From an uncultured cyanobacterium (GTDB lineage Bacteria; Cyanobacteriota; Cyanobacteriia; PCC-9006; JAAUQQ01), in the NCBI GenBank assembly GCA_963718615.1, contig OY970368.1, positions 704,001 to 768,000 on the forward strand: a stretch of 64,000 bases of DNA. Reading direction: 5' to 3'. The position numbers and the translations under genes were made by a program. Below the pieces are notes generated by a model. It was not told where the DNA came from, made no database searches, and was given only the letters and a program-made list of their open reading frames with translations. Below are positions 20,949-32,327 of the stretch, in pieces (within the stretch, counting starts at the first letter, position 1; each line of letters begins with the position of its first letter).

Positions 20949-22493
20949 GTGTTGAGTACTGAAAACGTTCCCACCAAACTTAATCGATTTGAGCAATACA
21001 AAGTTGATAAGGATGGTCTAGAGGTTAAGAACGATCTCGATCGCTTTGCTCAAATGGGCTGGGAAGCTATTGATGATGACGATCGCAATCGTTTGAAATG
21101 GCTAGGCGTTTTCTTTCGCCCAGTGACTCCTGGCAAATTTATGCTGCGGTTGCGATTACCCAATGGCGTTTTAAATGCAACTCAAGTTCGGACCTTAGCG
21201 GAAATTGTCCAACGCTACGGCGAAGAGGGCAGTGCCGATATTACAACCCGACAAAATCTACAGCTTCGCGGCATTCAAATTGGCGATATTCCTGACATTT
21301 TTAGACGGATGCAGGCCACCGGCCTGACGTCGATTCAATCAGGCATGGATAACGTGCGTAATATCACAGGATCGCCCGTGGCTGGCATTGATGCAGATGA
21401 GCTCTTTGATACACGAGCACTCATTCAGCAAGTTCAAGACATGATTACAGCCAGTGGAGAGGGCAACCGAGCCTTTAGCAATTTACCCCGAAAATTCAAT
21501 ATTGCAATTGAAGGCGGACGGGACAATTCCATCCACGCCGAAATCAATGATATTGCCTTTATTCCAGCATTCAAAACGGTTTTAAAGGGTCAACAATTTG
21601 GCTTCAATGTATTGGTCGGAGGTTTCTTTTCCGCTACTCGCGTGGCCGCTGCACTTCCCCTCAATGCCTGGGTCTTACCCGATGACGTAACGGAGCTATG
21701 CCGCGTTATTCTCGAACTTTTTCGAGACCATGGATCTCGGGCCAATCGGCAGAGAGCTCGCTTGATGTGGCTCATTGATGAATGGGGCATGGATCGCTTT
21801 CGAGCTGAAATTGAAACCCAGCTGGGGCATCCCCTACAAACCGCTGCTTCGAAGGATGAAATGGACTGGGACAAGCGCGATCATTTAGGGATTTATAAGC
21901 AAAAGCAAGCGGGGCTGAATTATGTCGGTCTACTGGTCCCGGTGGGTCGGTTGTCTGCGGAGGATTTGTTTGAGCTGTCGCGGTTAGCAGAGGTCTATGG
22001 CGATAGTGATGTGCGTCTCACGGTGGAACAGAACGTTATTTTAGCGGGGATTCCTGACTCACGTTTGGATGCATTGTGCCAAGAACCGCTGCTGCAAAAG
22101 TTCACGGTAAAGCCGACACCGCTGATGCGATCGCTCGTCTCCTGCACCGGTGCTCAATTCTGCAAGTTTGCCTTGGTCGAGACCAAGCAGCGAGCCTTGG
22201 CGATCGCCCGCGAAGTCGAAGCTGAACTGGAGATTCCCCAATCCGTGCGAATGCATTGGACCGGCTGTCCCAATTCCTGTGGTCAACCCCAGGTGGCGGA
22301 TATTGGATTGATGGGCGCTAAAACCCGCAAGGACGGCAAAACTGTCGAAGCCGTTGATATTTTTCTGGGGGGCCAAGTCGGCAAAGAAGCCAAGCTTGGA
22401 GCCAAGGTCATGAAAGGAATTCCCTGTGAGGATCTTAAGCCAGTGCTGCGGCAACTCCTCATTGAACAGTTTGGAGCGAGTCTCAAATGCTAG
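20949..22493 (+). CDS. nirA: Ferredoxin-nitrite reductase (start uncertain)
   Basis: KLNRFEQYK, ADITTRQNLQLRG, GMDNVRN, NLPRKFN, SCTGAQFC, HWTGCPNSCG. Confidence 0.95.
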   Translation: MLSTENVPTKLNRFEQYKVDKDGLEVKNDLDRFAQMGWEAIDDDDRNRLKWLGVFFRPVTPGKFMLRLRLPNGVLNATQVRTLAEIVQRYGEEGSADITTRQNLQLRGIQIGDIPDIFRRMQATGLTSIQSGMDNVRNITGSPVAGIDADELFDTRALIQQVQDMITASGEGNRAFSNLPRKFNIAIEGGRDNSIHAEINDIAFIPAFKTVLKGQQFGFNVLVGGFFSATRVAAALPLNAWVLPDDVTELCRVILELFRDHGSRANRQRARLMWLIDEWGMDRFRAEIETQLGHPLQTAASKDEMDWDKRDHLGIYKQKQAGLNYVGLLVPVGRLSAEDLFELSRLAEVYGDSDVRLTVEQNVILAGIPDSRLDALCQEPLLQKFTVKPTPLMRSLVSCTGAQFCKFALVETKQRALAIAREVEAELEIPQSVRMHWTGCPNSCGQPQVADIGLMGAKTRKDGKTVEAVDIFLGGQVGKEAKLGAKVMKGIPCEDLKPVLRQLLIEQFGASLKC

Positions 22494-22711
22494 CGGGCGA
22501 AGTCACCGATGATGGCTCACCGGATGCCTTGCATGACGAAGAAAAGCTGCAGGGCTATGGGCTACCAGGATTTGCTCATCCCAAGTTATCTCAAGGGCAA
22601 CGTAGTGCTTGATCTTGTTTGATTGGGGGGACGCTAGGGAACTCTAGAAACGTCTCCTGAATTTGCCTTCAGCGTCTACCCTTGAAATCGGCGTCCGCCG
22701 CATCTACACCC

Positions 22712-23362
22712 GTGAGCCAGAAAATTAAAGTTCTCGTCATTGACGATAGCACTAGCACACGTGCCTATCTTCGGCAAATGCTGCCCGACTCAGCGGAAAT
22801 CGTCGAGGCAGCCAATGGGCTAGAGGGCCTCCACAGCATTGAAACCAGTCAGCCCAATTTGGTCCTACTCGACTGCCAAATGCCGAAGATGGATGGGATT
22901 ACGCTCTTGCAGCAAATTCAAGAGCATTCCCAGTTTCGCCACATTCCGGTGGTCCTGATGTCCGCCCGTCCAGATGAAGTGTTGACGGTTTTGAAGGAAA
23001 TTCCACCGGAGATTGAGTTTCTCAGCAAGCCGTTTACCTCCGTGCAGTTGCTGAAGGCAAGTCACCAGGCTATCAAAAAAGCACGACAGCGGCGGGAAGC
23101 AACAACTCGTCAGCGTGACCCAGTCGCAGGCCAACCGGTGAGCCAAACCCAGGGAGAAGCGACCCAGGGGTTTATGCGAGAGTCGTCTTCCCCGAGAAGC
23201 CGAGATTCAGCCCGTCCGGTGGAGTCTTGGCAATATGCGGTGCGTGGCATTCAACAGGAGGTGGTGATGCTGCGGAGGCAAAATGAATCCTTGGAAGAGA
23301 CCGTGAAGGAATTGCGATCGCAGCTCAATCAAGTCATCCGTATCGTTCGGGCGCTCAAGTAA
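22712..23362 (+). CDS. Response regulator (REC domain plus C-terminal coiled coil)
   Basis: VLVIDDS, LLDCQMPKMDG, LSKPF. Confidence 0.85.
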   Translation: MSQKIKVLVIDDSTSTRAYLRQMLPDSAEIVEAANGLEGLHSIETSQPNLVLLDCQMPKMDGITLLQQIQEHSQFRHIPVVLMSARPDEVLTVLKEIPPEIEFLSKPFTSVQLLKASHQAIKKARQRREATTRQRDPVAGQPVSQTQGEATQGFMRESSSPRSRDSARPVESWQYAVRGIQQEVVMLRRQNESLEETVKELRSQLNQVIRIVRALK

Positions 23363-23400
23363 GCATCAGCGACATTGGCTATATTGGTTGTATACAAATA

Positions 23401-23433
23401 AGCGGTTAGACAGCTTCAAGCCATCTAACCGCT
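23401..23433. terminator. Hairpin between convergent genes
   Basis: AGCGGTTAGA...TCTAACCGCT. Confidence 0.5.
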
Positions 23434-23481
23434 AGACCGACTGTCTTGATGCAGTTTCTACAAAAATCCCTCCAGAAGTTC

Positions 23482-24888
23482 TTACAACTGCTTGATTTCC
23501 GCCACCAGTCCAGCCACCGCTTCCTTGGCGCTGCCAAAGTACATCATCGTATTGTCACGATAGAACAACTGGTTATCCACGCCTGCATAGCCCGGACTCA
23601 TCCCCCGCTTGATAACAATCGTGTTTTTTGCCTTTTCGACTTCTAGAATGGGCATACCGTAGATTGGGCTCGCCGGGTCTTCCTTCGCATCGGGGTTGAC
23701 CACGTCGTTGGCACCAATGACCAACGCCACATCAGTGCGCTCAAACTCTGGATTGATATCGTCCATATCGTAGAGCTGGGCGTAGGAAACATTGGCCTCC
23801 GCCAAGAGCACATTCATATGACCCGGCATCCGTCCGGCTACGGGGTGAATGGCGTATTTGACCTCAACCCCTTTCTTTTCCAGTTGGTCGGCCAACTCTC
23901 GCACACTATGCTGGGCTTGGGCAACGGCCATACCGTAGCCAGGGACAATCACGACCGATCGCGCATACCCCAACATCATGGCCCCCGCTTCTGCATCGAT
24001 CTGATGAATCGATTGGTCGCGGCCATCCGATCCGGCTCCACTAGCGCCACCCGCAGGCGCACCGCCAAAGGCCGAGAACAGCACGTTCGGCAAGGAGCGA
24101 TTCATGCCCTTACACATGATTTCCGTCAGAATTAAACCCGACGCCCCCACCAAAGCCCCGGCAACGATGAGCACATTGTTCATCACCACAAAGCCCGCCG
24201 CACTCGCCGCCAAACCGGAGAGCGAGTTGAGGAGTGAAATCACCACGGGCATATCGCCTCCGCCAATGGGTAACACCAGGAAAAGGCCCAAGACCAGCGA
24301 AATTCCGGTGATACTCAAAAACGCCAGGGTATTCATGGGATCCACGAGCAAATAGCCCGACCCCACTAAGAACCCAGCAAACAAGGTCGCGTTAATAATG
24401 TGTTGTCCCGGCAACGAGACCGGCTTGCCTGTAATCAAGCCCTGCAACTTAGCAAAGGCCACCAAACTGCCTGTAAACGTCACGCCACCAATCAGACTGC
24501 CCAGAATTGCTGTGACCGTGGCATTGATCGGCACATGACCGTCTGCAAAGAGGCGATAAAACTCGGCGACCGCCACTAGGGCAGAGGCTGCCCCGCCCAA
24601 GCCATTGAGCAGACCCACCATTTGGGGCATCGCGGTCATGGCTACTTTTTGGGCCGCCACAATGCCAATGATTGTACCGAGGGCGATCGCCCCCCCAATC
24701 ATGCCGTAGTTCACCACCTGCAAATCTAGCAAGGTTGCAATCACGGCTATCAGCATCCCCGCCGCCGCCAAACCATTTCCTTGGCGAGCCGTCGCCGGAG
24801 AGCCAAGTTTCTTGAGCCCTAGAAAGAAGAGGGCCGTCGCGACGATATAGCTCAGTTGAATCCCCGTCGGGATAAAAGTCATGTCCAT
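23482..24888 (-). CDS. pntB: NAD(P) transhydrogenase beta subunit
   Basis: MTAMPQMV, IGGGDMPVVISLLNS, VPGYGMAVAQAQH, HPVAGRMPGHMNVLLAEA. Confidence 0.97.
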   Translation of the reverse strand: MDMTFIPTGIQLSYIVATALFFLGLKKLGSPATARQGNGLAAAGMLIAVIATLLDLQVVNYGMIGGAIALGTIIGIVAAQKVAMTAMPQMVGLLNGLGGAASALVAVAEFYRLFADGHVPINATVTAILGSLIGGVTFTGSLVAFAKLQGLITGKPVSLPGQHIINATLFAGFLVGSGYLLVDPMNTLAFLSITGISLVLGLFLVLPIGGGDMPVVISLLNSLSGLAASAAGFVVMNNVLIVAGALVGASGLILTEIMCKGMNRSLPNVLFSAFGGAPAGGASGAGSDGRDQSIHQIDAEAGAMMLGYARSVVIVPGYGMAVAQAQHSVRELADQLEKKGVEVKYAIHPVAGRMPGHMNVLLAEANVSYAQLYDMDDINPEFERTDVALVIGANDVVNPDAKEDPASPIYGMPILEVEKAKNTIVIKRGMSPGYAGVDNQLFYRDNTMMYFGSAKEAVAGLVAEIKQL

Positions 24889-24897
24889 CGAGAGTCC

Positions 24898-25176
24898 CTA
24901 TTTCTTAAACATTTGCAGCATGCGATCGGTCACCAAAAAGCCACCCACCACGTTGACCGTGGCCAAGACGATGGCAATGAGTCCCAGCACCACCGTCAAA
25001 TTCAAATGGTCTGGTCCAGCCACAACGATCGCCCCAATCACCGCGATCCCCGAAATTGCATTGGCCCCCGACATCAGGGGCGTATGGAGCGTCGGTGGCA
25101 CCTTCGTAATTACTTCTAATCCTGCAAACGACGCCAGCACAAAGACAAACAGCGCCGAAATCAACGTTTCAGACAT
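24898..25176 (-). CDS. pntA: NAD(P) transhydrogenase alpha subunit, membrane part
   Basis: VPPTLHTPLMSGANAISG...GGFLVTDRMLQMFK. Confidence 0.95.
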   Translation of the reverse strand: MSETLISALFVFVLASFAGLEVITKVPPTLHTPLMSGANAISGIAVIGAIVVAGPDHLNLTVVLGLIAIVLATVNVVGGFLVTDRMLQMFKK

Positions 25177-25261
25177 GAATTCACCATTCCTTCAACAGAA
25201 CCGATTACGTCTCCGGTCGGGGCGCGCCGTCTGCGCCCTGGGTGGGGAAAGCTCCATCCCC

Positions 25262-26416
25262 CTAGACCGTCGCACCCTCCAACAGCGATTTCACTCGACT
25301 ATTGCAAATTTCACCTCCATGGGTGACACAGGCTCCGCTGATAATTTCGTCTTCAAAGTTCAGCGTTAGTTCATCCGCCGGAACCAAGAGTTTTAGCAAA
25401 GCCGAAATATTTCGTGTATAAAGCTGGCTCGCATCCGCCGCCACGGTCGAGGGCAAATTTAACGGCCCCATAATCGTGACGCCATCGTGAACCACCGTGC
25501 CGCCAGGTTCGCTATAGGCACAGTTGCCCCCCTGATCCGCCGCCATATCGACGATCACCGCACCGGGGTGCATGCCGCCAATCATCTCCTCTGTGACGAT
25601 CCGAGGTGCTTTTTTGCCGGGAACTTGGGCCGTCGTGATTACCACATCGGAGCGCTGGACATGATCCGTCAAAACCTGCTGGGTGTGGGCCTGGGCCGCT
25701 TGGGAAAGCTCCTTGGCATAACCCCCTTCCCCTCGGGTCTCTTCCTCAAACGTAATATCAATGAACTGAGCGCCTAAACTTTGGACCTGCTCCTTCACCT
25801 CTGGGCGGACATCAAAGGCTTCAACCACGGCTCCCAGACGACGGGCGGTGGCGATCGCCTGCAAACCCGCCACCCCCGCACCAATCACCAGCACCTTGGC
25901 TGGAGCCACCGTCCCAGCGGCAGTCGTGAGCATGGGGAAATACTTGGGCAGTTGGGTCGCCGCCAACAGCACCGCCTTATAGCCGGCAATACTGGCCTGG
26001 GACGAAAGGGCATCCATACTTTGGGCGCGGCTGATGCGCGGCACCAGCTCCATGCTAAAGGCCGTGATCCCCTGCTGCGCCATGCGCTGCACTAGCTCCG
26101 GTGAACCTAAGGGATTCAAAAAGCTAATCAGGACCGCGTGGGACGAAAGCTGCTGTAGCCGCTCTGGCTGCTCGGCCAAAAGCCGCGAGGCCGAGACAGC
26201 CAATAGCACATCCACCTCGGACCAGAGGGCATCTGCCGGAACCAAACGAGCACCGGCAGCCTCATATTCCGTATCGGGATGGGATGCGCCTAAACCGGCC
26301 CCCGGTTCGACCCACACCTCCAAGCCCTGCTTGACCATCCGGCGAACGCCGTCCGGCACCAGCGCAACGCGCTGTTCTCCCTCAATTTCCTTGGGGACGC
26401 CTAACTTCAACGTCAT
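25262..26416 (-). CDS. pntA: NAD(P) transhydrogenase alpha subunit, soluble domain I
   Basis: RISRAQSMDALSSQA, GAGVAGLQA, GEGGYAKE. Confidence 0.95.
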   Translation of the reverse strand: MTLKLGVPKEIEGEQRVALVPDGVRRMVKQGLEVWVEPGAGLGASHPDTEYEAAGARLVPADALWSEVDVLLAVSASRLLAEQPERLQQLSSHAVLISFLNPLGSPELVQRMAQQGITAFSMELVPRISRAQSMDALSSQASIAGYKAVLLAATQLPKYFPMLTTAAGTVAPAKVLVIGAGVAGLQAIATARRLGAVVEAFDVRPEVKEQVQSLGAQFIDITFEEETRGEGGYAKELSQAAQAHTQQVLTDHVQRSDVVITTAQVPGKKAPRIVTEEMIGGMHPGAVIVDMAADQGGNCAYSEPGGTVVHDGVTIMGPLNLPSTVAADASQLYTRNISALLKLLVPADELTLNFEDEIISGACVTHGGEICNSRVKSLLEGATV

Positions 26417-26792
26417 GAAAATACCCCACAAAGCGCAGAATGATCTCGCTGCTCCAGCACACCTAAAACCGCAGCGATACCTTCGGATCCTAGGCTGATC
26501 CCCTGGGGAGGGAAAACATCGTTACGTTCCTTGAACATTCTCAAGGAACAGAAATATAAATTTAACCGGATGTTAGCAGCGGCGTGCCTTTGTTTATCTT
26601 TGGTAATCTTCTGGGCGATCGCTGGGCGATCGCGGCTAGAGGTGGGAAGGCGATCCCATTTCTCGATGCCCTCTCCGCATTTCCAGCAGTAAAACGATAA
26701 ATGTCACGGTTAATTCTAGCAATCTCTCGGCAACATTTTCTTACAAGAAGCCGTCATAATTAAACAGATGTGCCTTATTGACGCAGGAGTTC

Positions 26793-27401
26793 ATGCTGCC
26801 TATGTTGCCTAAATCGTTTGTCAAGCCCGCTTTCTCCGCAATGGCGATCGCCGCCTGCGTCCTAACCGGTGGTCTTGTCACCGAGCAGGGCTTTACCGGA
26901 GGCACCCAGGCCAATGCCCAAGGGTTACCGGGGATCACCTTTCGCTGGAACAACCGCGAAGGCTTCCATGAACTGTCCCATGTGATCGAACTGAGTAATT
27001 CGCCGAATAACTATGGTCGCTATCGGTTGCAGCTCAAGGCCAGCGACATGAAGCTTGCAGCCTCCCAGTTTACGGTCAATATTCCCGATCACTTTGACGG
27101 CAAATTTGACGAGAAAGAAATCGAGCTGCGCGTTTGCTCTACCCCTGGCAACTTCCTGCGCCGCGCAAAATGCGAAGCTGTTCCCGTGGATGATGTTCGG
27201 GTTGATATGGAGGCTCGGCAAATTGCCATCTATCCCGCCCAGCCCATCCCCGCCAAGACGAATGTAGAGCTCGTGTTTAGCAATGTGAAAAATCCTCGCA
27301 GTCCAGGGATGTACCAATTTAACGGGCTCGTGGAAGTGCCCGGTGATGTTCCCCTACTGCGTCCGCTGGGAGCCTGGATCTTGACCTTCGATCGCGGCTA
27401 A
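26793..27401 (+). CDS. DUF2808 family protein
   Basis: Signal peptide; VFSNVKNPRSPGMYQFN...LGAWIL. Confidence 0.75.
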   Translation: MLPMLPKSFVKPAFSAMAIAACVLTGGLVTEQGFTGGTQANAQGLPGITFRWNNREGFHELSHVIELSNSPNNYGRYRLQLKASDMKLAASQFTVNIPDHFDGKFDEKEIELRVCSTPGNFLRRAKCEAVPVDDVRVDMEARQIAIYPAQPIPAKTNVELVFSNVKNPRSPGMYQFNGLVEVPGDVPLLRPLGAWILTFDRG

Positions 27402-27482
27402 GGGACGGAAGACTGAGTCTAACCAGAATCAGTTACAGGGTCGGCATTCCCGGCCCTGCAAAGCACCCCAAAAACTAGAACA

Positions 27483-28361
27483 TCACCCCATCACCTCATA
27501 AGACGTCACCACCACTTCCGTAATCTTGCCTCGACGCCCCCCCTTCGAATTAATTACCCGTCCAGCAGTAATTGTATGGATTGGAAAGTCTCGATACAAC
27601 TCCCGAATAAAGGGACAGTCTGAATTGGAGAGCATCACTTTAACCCCGTTCTGAGCCAATACGCCAAAGACCTCGCGCAACTGCCGCTGTTCCGCCTCAC
27701 CAAAGGCTGCGCGACTATAGGCCGTAAAACTGCTGGTGGGGCTTAGGGGAAAATAAGGGGGATCAAAATAGACAAAATCGGTTGGACCTTGGGCTTGGTC
27801 GAGAATCGCCGTAAAGCCCTGCCGTTGTAGCTGAGTGCCTTGTAACGCGACTGAGGCCGTTCGCAATCGCTCCGGATCATAAATGGCCGGTTTTTTATAT
27901 TGACCCATGGGCACGTTGAACTGTCCCTGGCGATTTTCGCGGTAGAGCCCGTTGTAACAGGTTTTGTTGAGATAGATAAAGCGGGCTGCATGGTCGAGAC
28001 CCGAGAGATCGTGTTGCGATCGCACCTGATAATAATACTCCCGGCAATGCAGACGCTGATGTATTTGCAAGCGTTCCAACAGGGCATCCCCCTGGTCTCG
28101 CACGCAGCGATAGACATTCACTAAGGCCGGATTGATATCTGATAGATACGCACCTTGTTCCCCCGGACCCATCAGCCCCTGGGGTTGCAGATGAAAGAAA
28201 ACGGCCCCTCCCCCCAAAAACGGCTCGTGATAGCGCTGCCAATCCTGGGGGAAAAGCGCTGCGTACTGGTCCAGCAAGCGACCTTTTCCCCCCGCCCATT
28301 TAATAAAGGGACGCGGTTCAACAACGGACACAGATGGGGATAAATTGAGCGGAACAGCCAT
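27483..28361 (-). CDS. dam: Dam-family DNA adenine methyltransferase (orphan)
   Basis: PFIKWAGGK, EPFLGGG, YLNKTCYNGLYRENR, FVYFDPPY. Confidence 0.92.
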   Translation of the reverse strand: MAVPLNLSPSVSVVEPRPFIKWAGGKGRLLDQYAALFPQDWQRYHEPFLGGGAVFFHLQPQGLMGPGEQGAYLSDINPALVNVYRCVRDQGDALLERLQIHQRLHCREYYYQVRSQHDLSGLDHAARFIYLNKTCYNGLYRENRQGQFNVPMGQYKKPAIYDPERLRTASVALQGTQLQRQGFTAILDQAQGPTDFVYFDPPYFPLSPTSSFTAYSRAAFGEAEQRQLREVFGVLAQNGVKVMLSNSDCPFIRELYRDFPIHTITAGRVINSKGGRRGKITEVVVTSYEVMG

Positions 28362-28643
28362 CACGAACGATCGACCAATCAATCAATAAATGAATCAAAA
28401 TCGCAAACTCGTCACCTATCGTCTCACCCATTCTTTAGGGGCCAGAACAGGCGATCTATTAATCCTCTGCAATTAGCCTAGCCCATTGGGTCGCGAAAAG
28501 CTGCAAGCAGAGCTGCAAAGTTTACAAGACTGTCTAGCGTCCTGCACAAGCGTTCAGGGGTGAGGATTCAGATAAAATCCTGCAATTCGCAGCGGGGCTG
28601 ATCAAAGGCGCTAGAATTGTTGGGGTTACTCCCCAAAACAGTC

Positions 28644-28877
28644 ATGAAGGACTTTTTCGTCAACGTCTCTCGCTACCCTCGGTATTTCATCACCTTCCTC
28701 GCCGGAATTTTTTATTCCATCTACCAGTGGGTCAAGCCGATGATCAAAAGCCGGACCACGGTTGTGGCGCTGGCCGGAATCCTGATGACAGGCTTTTTGT
28801 TCATTACCTTTACACTACGGGCCATGCTGGGCATGACCGATACGGGGTTGACCCCACCTCCCGTTGATTTTTTCTAG
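28644..28877 (+). CDS. DUF751 family membrane protein
   Basis: FFVNVSRYPRYFIT...FTLRAMLG; typical position upstream of rbfA. Confidence 0.85.
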   Translation: MKDFFVNVSRYPRYFITFLAGIFYSIYQWVKPMIKSRTTVVALAGILMTGFLFITFTLRAMLGMTDTGLTPPPVDFF

Positions 28878-28914
28878 GTTGATTTTTCTGGGTTGATTTT
28901 TTTAGGAGGATGCC

Positions 28915-29334
28915 ATGGCTAACAATCGTCGCGTGGAGCGGGTGGCTTCTCTGATTAAACGGGAAGTCAGTCAGATGCTGATGTCAGATATCAAGGACGA
29001 TCGCGTCGGCGCAGGCATGGCCAGCGTCACGGATGTTGAAGTCTCTGGCGATTTACAACATGCCAAAATTTTCGTCAGCATCTACGGGGACGAAGCGGCT
29101 CGGGCCTCGACGATGGCGGGGCTACAGTCGGCAACGGGCTATGTACGTCGAGAAATTGGCAAGCGGGTGCGGCTGCGCCGGACACCGGAGGTAATCTTTG
29201 CGGAAGATCTGGGGATTGAACGCGGTAGCAATGTGCTGAATTTACTCAGCCAACTTTCCTATGCACGGGCAGAGAGAGGCGATGACCCGGACTTAGAAGC
29301 CGAGGACGCTGCCTGGGCGGATGAAGAGGAATAG
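28915..29334 (+). CDS. rbfA: Ribosome-binding factor A
   Basis: [15 protein letters not shown]...[13 protein letters not shown]...LRRTPE. Confidence 0.96.
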   Translation: MANNRRVERVASLIKREVSQMLMSDIKDDRVGAGMASVTDVEVSGDLQHAKIFVSIYGDEAARASTMAGLQSATGYVRREIGKRVRLRRTPEVIFAEDLGIERGSNVLNLLSQLSYARAERGDDPDLEAEDAAWADEEE

Positions 29335-31597
29335 GGTGCTGGATCTAACGAACTGCGATCGCGAACCCATCCACATTCCCAACGCTATCCAACCCCACGG
29401 GGTTTTGCTAGTAGTGGAACCGGAGGACTTTTGCATTCTCCAGGTGAGCGACAACACCGAGGCATGGCTGGGTCAACCGGCTGAAACACTGCTACGGTCA
29501 GCCCTCGCCAATTGGATTGATTCCGCTGCCATCGAGCAGATTCAGCGCTGCTTATCCGCTGATTTTGAGGTGGTTAATCCGCTGCGGTTGGTGGTGAGCG
29601 ATCGCCCCTTTGATGCCATTGTCCATGGGGTGGACGGCTTGATTGTGCTCGAACTCGAACCCACAGCCGCCGAGCCTGCAATTAACTTTTTTGATTTTTA
29701 TCGGTTTGTCAAATCCCCACTCGACCGGTTTCAACAAGCCGATAATCTTGACTACCTTTGTCAGGCGATCGTGCAGACCGTAAAAGAAATAACGGGCTTT
29801 GACCGAGTCATGGTCTATCGCTTTCACAAAGATGGTGTGGGCTCTGTCATCGCTGAAGCTTGTCAGGCTGAGCTAGAACCGTTTTTAGGACTGCACTATC
29901 CCGCCACTGACATTCCTAATCAGGCCCGAGCGCTCTATCAACGCAACCCGCTGCGGCTGATTCCCGATGCAACCTATCGCCCCGTAACCTTGGTCCCCGA
30001 GATCAATCCGGTGACCCAGCAACCTCTGAACATGAGTCAGTGTGTCCTGCGCAGCGTGTCGCCATTACATCTAGAATATCTGCACAATATGCAGGTAACT
30101 GCCTCCATGTCGATTTCGCTGGTGCAAGGGCAACACCTTTGGGGGCTGATTGCCTGTCATCACGCGTCGCCCAAACGCATTCCCTACTCCACAAGGACGC
30201 TGTGTGAATTTATTGGACAGGTGGCGGCGATCGAAATCAAAAACAAGGAAGAAAGCCAAAGTCTGGACTATCGCCTTAAACTGGCGATGACGGAATCTCG
30301 GTTGATTGAATCCATCGCCCAAGCCAAAGATCTTTTCCAAATTTTGGAACAGTATCCCCAAGAATTACTGTCTTTGGTCAACGCAACCGGAGCAGTGATC
30401 TACTATCAAAATCAACAAATTTGCCTGGGAACAACGCCCCAGTCCGAGCAAGTCAGTGCCTTGATTCAATGGCTGGAACACCCCCTCAGCCAAGAGACCT
30501 GCTATTGCACCACCTCGCTGAGCAAAGACTATCCTGACGCAACAGACTTTGCCGATGTTGGCAGTGGCCTCTTGGCACTGACGCTCTCTCGGTTACAAAA
30601 TATCTACATTTTGTGGTTTCGACCTGAGGTCGTTCAAACCATTCATTGGGGCGGACAACCGGACAAACGCCAGACCCGAGCAGAAGACGGAACGATTCAG
30701 ATTTCGCCTCGCACCTCCTTTGCCCTTTGGCAGGAAATCATGGGTGGGCAATCGGAGCCATGGCTGGACTGTGAGCTGGAAATCGCCCAGGAGTTTCGCA
30801 GCAGCCTGCTCAGTTTGCTCATGAGAAATGCGGATGAATTAGTCCAGGTCAACCGCGAACTGAGCCGCAGCAACGATGAGCTCGATGCCTTCGCCTATAT
30901 TGCCTCCCATGATTTGAAAGAGCCGCTGCGTGGCATTCACAACTATGCCAGTTTCCTGATTGAGGACTATGGCGATCGCCTCGATGAAGACGGGGTCCAC
31001 AAGCTCAACACCCTTATGCGGCTGACCCAACGCATGGAGGACTTAATCAATTCACTGCTGCATTTTTCCCGTCTCGGTCGAGTGGAGCTCAATCTTATTC
31101 AAACCGATTTAAATCTTCTGGTTAGGGATGTTTTAGAAACTCTCAAGGTTAGTCGAAAAACTGATGAAGCTGAAATTTTGGTTCCGCAATTGCTTCCTGT
31201 GATTCGGTGCGATCGCATCCAAATCAACGAACTCTTTTCCAATTTACTCAGCAACGCCATTAAATACAACGAAAGTCCTCAAAAACGGATTGAGGTTGGC
31301 TGGCTATCTGACGAATTAGCCCAGGAGAAGCTTGCCCAGCAGGGCATTACCACCCCATCGGGACAGGTGCCGCAGGTTTTTTATGTGATGGATAATGGCA
31401 TTGGAATTCGCGATCGCCATCTCGACACCATCTTTCGCATCTTTAAGCGCCTGCATGGTCCCCAACGCTACGGCGGCGGCACAGGCGCGGGCTTAACCAT
31501 TGTCAAAAAAATTGTTGAACGTCACAGTGGAATAATTTGGGTAGAATCAATCTATGGAGAAGGAACCACCTTCTACTTTACGCTTCAAGCAGGCTAG
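29321..31597 (+). CDS. Bacteriophytochrome-type (biliverdin-binding, BphB/CphB-like) histidine kinase
   Basis: PAS-GAF-PHY-HisKA-HATPase; N-terminal Cys in [10 protein letters not shown]; PATDIP; GAF reads SVSPLH (no Cys); [10 protein letters not shown]. Confidence 0.9.
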   Translation: MKRNRVLDLTNCDREPIHIPNAIQPHGVLLVVEPEDFCILQVSDNTEAWLGQPAETLLRSALANWIDSAAIEQIQRCLSADFEVVNPLRLVVSDRPFDAIVHGVDGLIVLELEPTAAEPAINFFDFYRFVKSPLDRFQQADNLDYLCQAIVQTVKEITGFDRVMVYRFHKDGVGSVIAEACQAELEPFLGLHYPATDIPNQARALYQRNPLRLIPDATYRPVTLVPEINPVTQQPLNMSQCVLRSVSPLHLEYLHNMQVTASMSISLVQGQHLWGLIACHHASPKRIPYSTRTLCEFIGQVAAIEIKNKEESQSLDYRLKLAMTESRLIESIAQAKDLFQILEQYPQELLSLVNATGAVIYYQNQQICLGTTPQSEQVSALIQWLEHPLSQETCYCTTSLSKDYPDATDFADVGSGLLALTLSRLQNIYILWFRPEVVQTIHWGGQPDKRQTRAEDGTIQISPRTSFALWQEIMGGQSEPWLDCELEIAQEFRSSLLSLLMRNADELVQVNRELSRSNDELDAFAYIASHDLKEPLRGIHNYASFLIEDYGDRLDEDGVHKLNTLMRLTQRMEDLINSLLHFSRLGRVELNLIQTDLNLLVRDVLETLKVSRKTDEAEILVPQLLPVIRCDRIQINELFSNLLSNAIKYNESPQKRIEVGWLSDELAQEKLAQQGITTPSGQVPQVFYVMDNGIGIRDRHLDTIFRIFKRLHGPQRYGGGTGAGLTIVKKIVERHSGIIWVESIYGEGTTFYFTLQAG

Positions 31598-31638
31598 TCC
31601 TCTTCTTGCGGTATTCCTTGTCTCGGGTTGTAGTTCCT

Positions 31639-32145
31639 ATGGGCCAAGCTCCTTCACCGATCGATCCCTCAGGATTGGTCCCACAAGTTATTGCCGACCC
31701 TAGTCGGTCCTTGCTTGTGGTCGAAGATAGTGATGAAGATTTTGAAGCCCTCACTCGCTTGATGCGAAACGCGCAGCTCAGCAATTCAATCCATCGCTGT
31801 ATCGATGGCGAAGAAGCCTTGGACTTTTTGCATCGGCGAGGACCCTACGCCCAATCGACATCCCTTCAGAGTCCTTCGATCATTTTGCTCGACCTCAATT
31901 TGCCTGGGACAGATGGACGGGAAGTCTTACGAGAGATTAAGGAAGATAAAATTCTGCGAAAAATTCCTGTTGTGATTTTAACCACATCTTCTAGCCCCAA
32001 GGACATCGAAACCTGCTACAGCTACGGCGTGAACAGCTATCTACTCAAACCCATGGATCTCAAAGCATTTAAGCGGCTCATCCAGGTATTCATCGAGTAT
32101 TGGTTCAGCATTGTCGTCTTACCAGATGCAAAGACTATACTCTAG
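31639..32145 (+). CDS. Rcp1-like response regulator
   Basis: LVVEDSDED, LLDLNLPGTDG, LTTSS, YLLKP. Confidence 0.9.
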   Translation: MGQAPSPIDPSGLVPQVIADPSRSLLVVEDSDEDFEALTRLMRNAQLSNSIHRCIDGEEALDFLHRRGPYAQSTSLQSPSIILLDLNLPGTDGREVLREIKEDKILRKIPVVILTTSSSPKDIETCYSYGVNSYLLKPMDLKAFKRLIQVFIEYWFSIVVLPDAKTIL

Positions 32146-32327
32146 CAAAGGGGTCTTACTCATATAAGAATCCCTATAGATTGGTAAAGCCGTTCTGCTG
32201 CCCTATACTGATTAAGTAAGCGAACCAAGACTGCATGGCAGAGCAATTCATCCTCTCCGGCTCTTCGTTTTAATGAGATTGAAATTCCCTGAGTGGCTTT
32301 CTTTCTTGAACTGGACGCCTGATCATT

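Noticed and set aside
28863-28906. Three GTTGATTTTT repeats before rbfA
   Set aside because: Short tandem repeats are common in cyanobacteria and there is no evidence of function.
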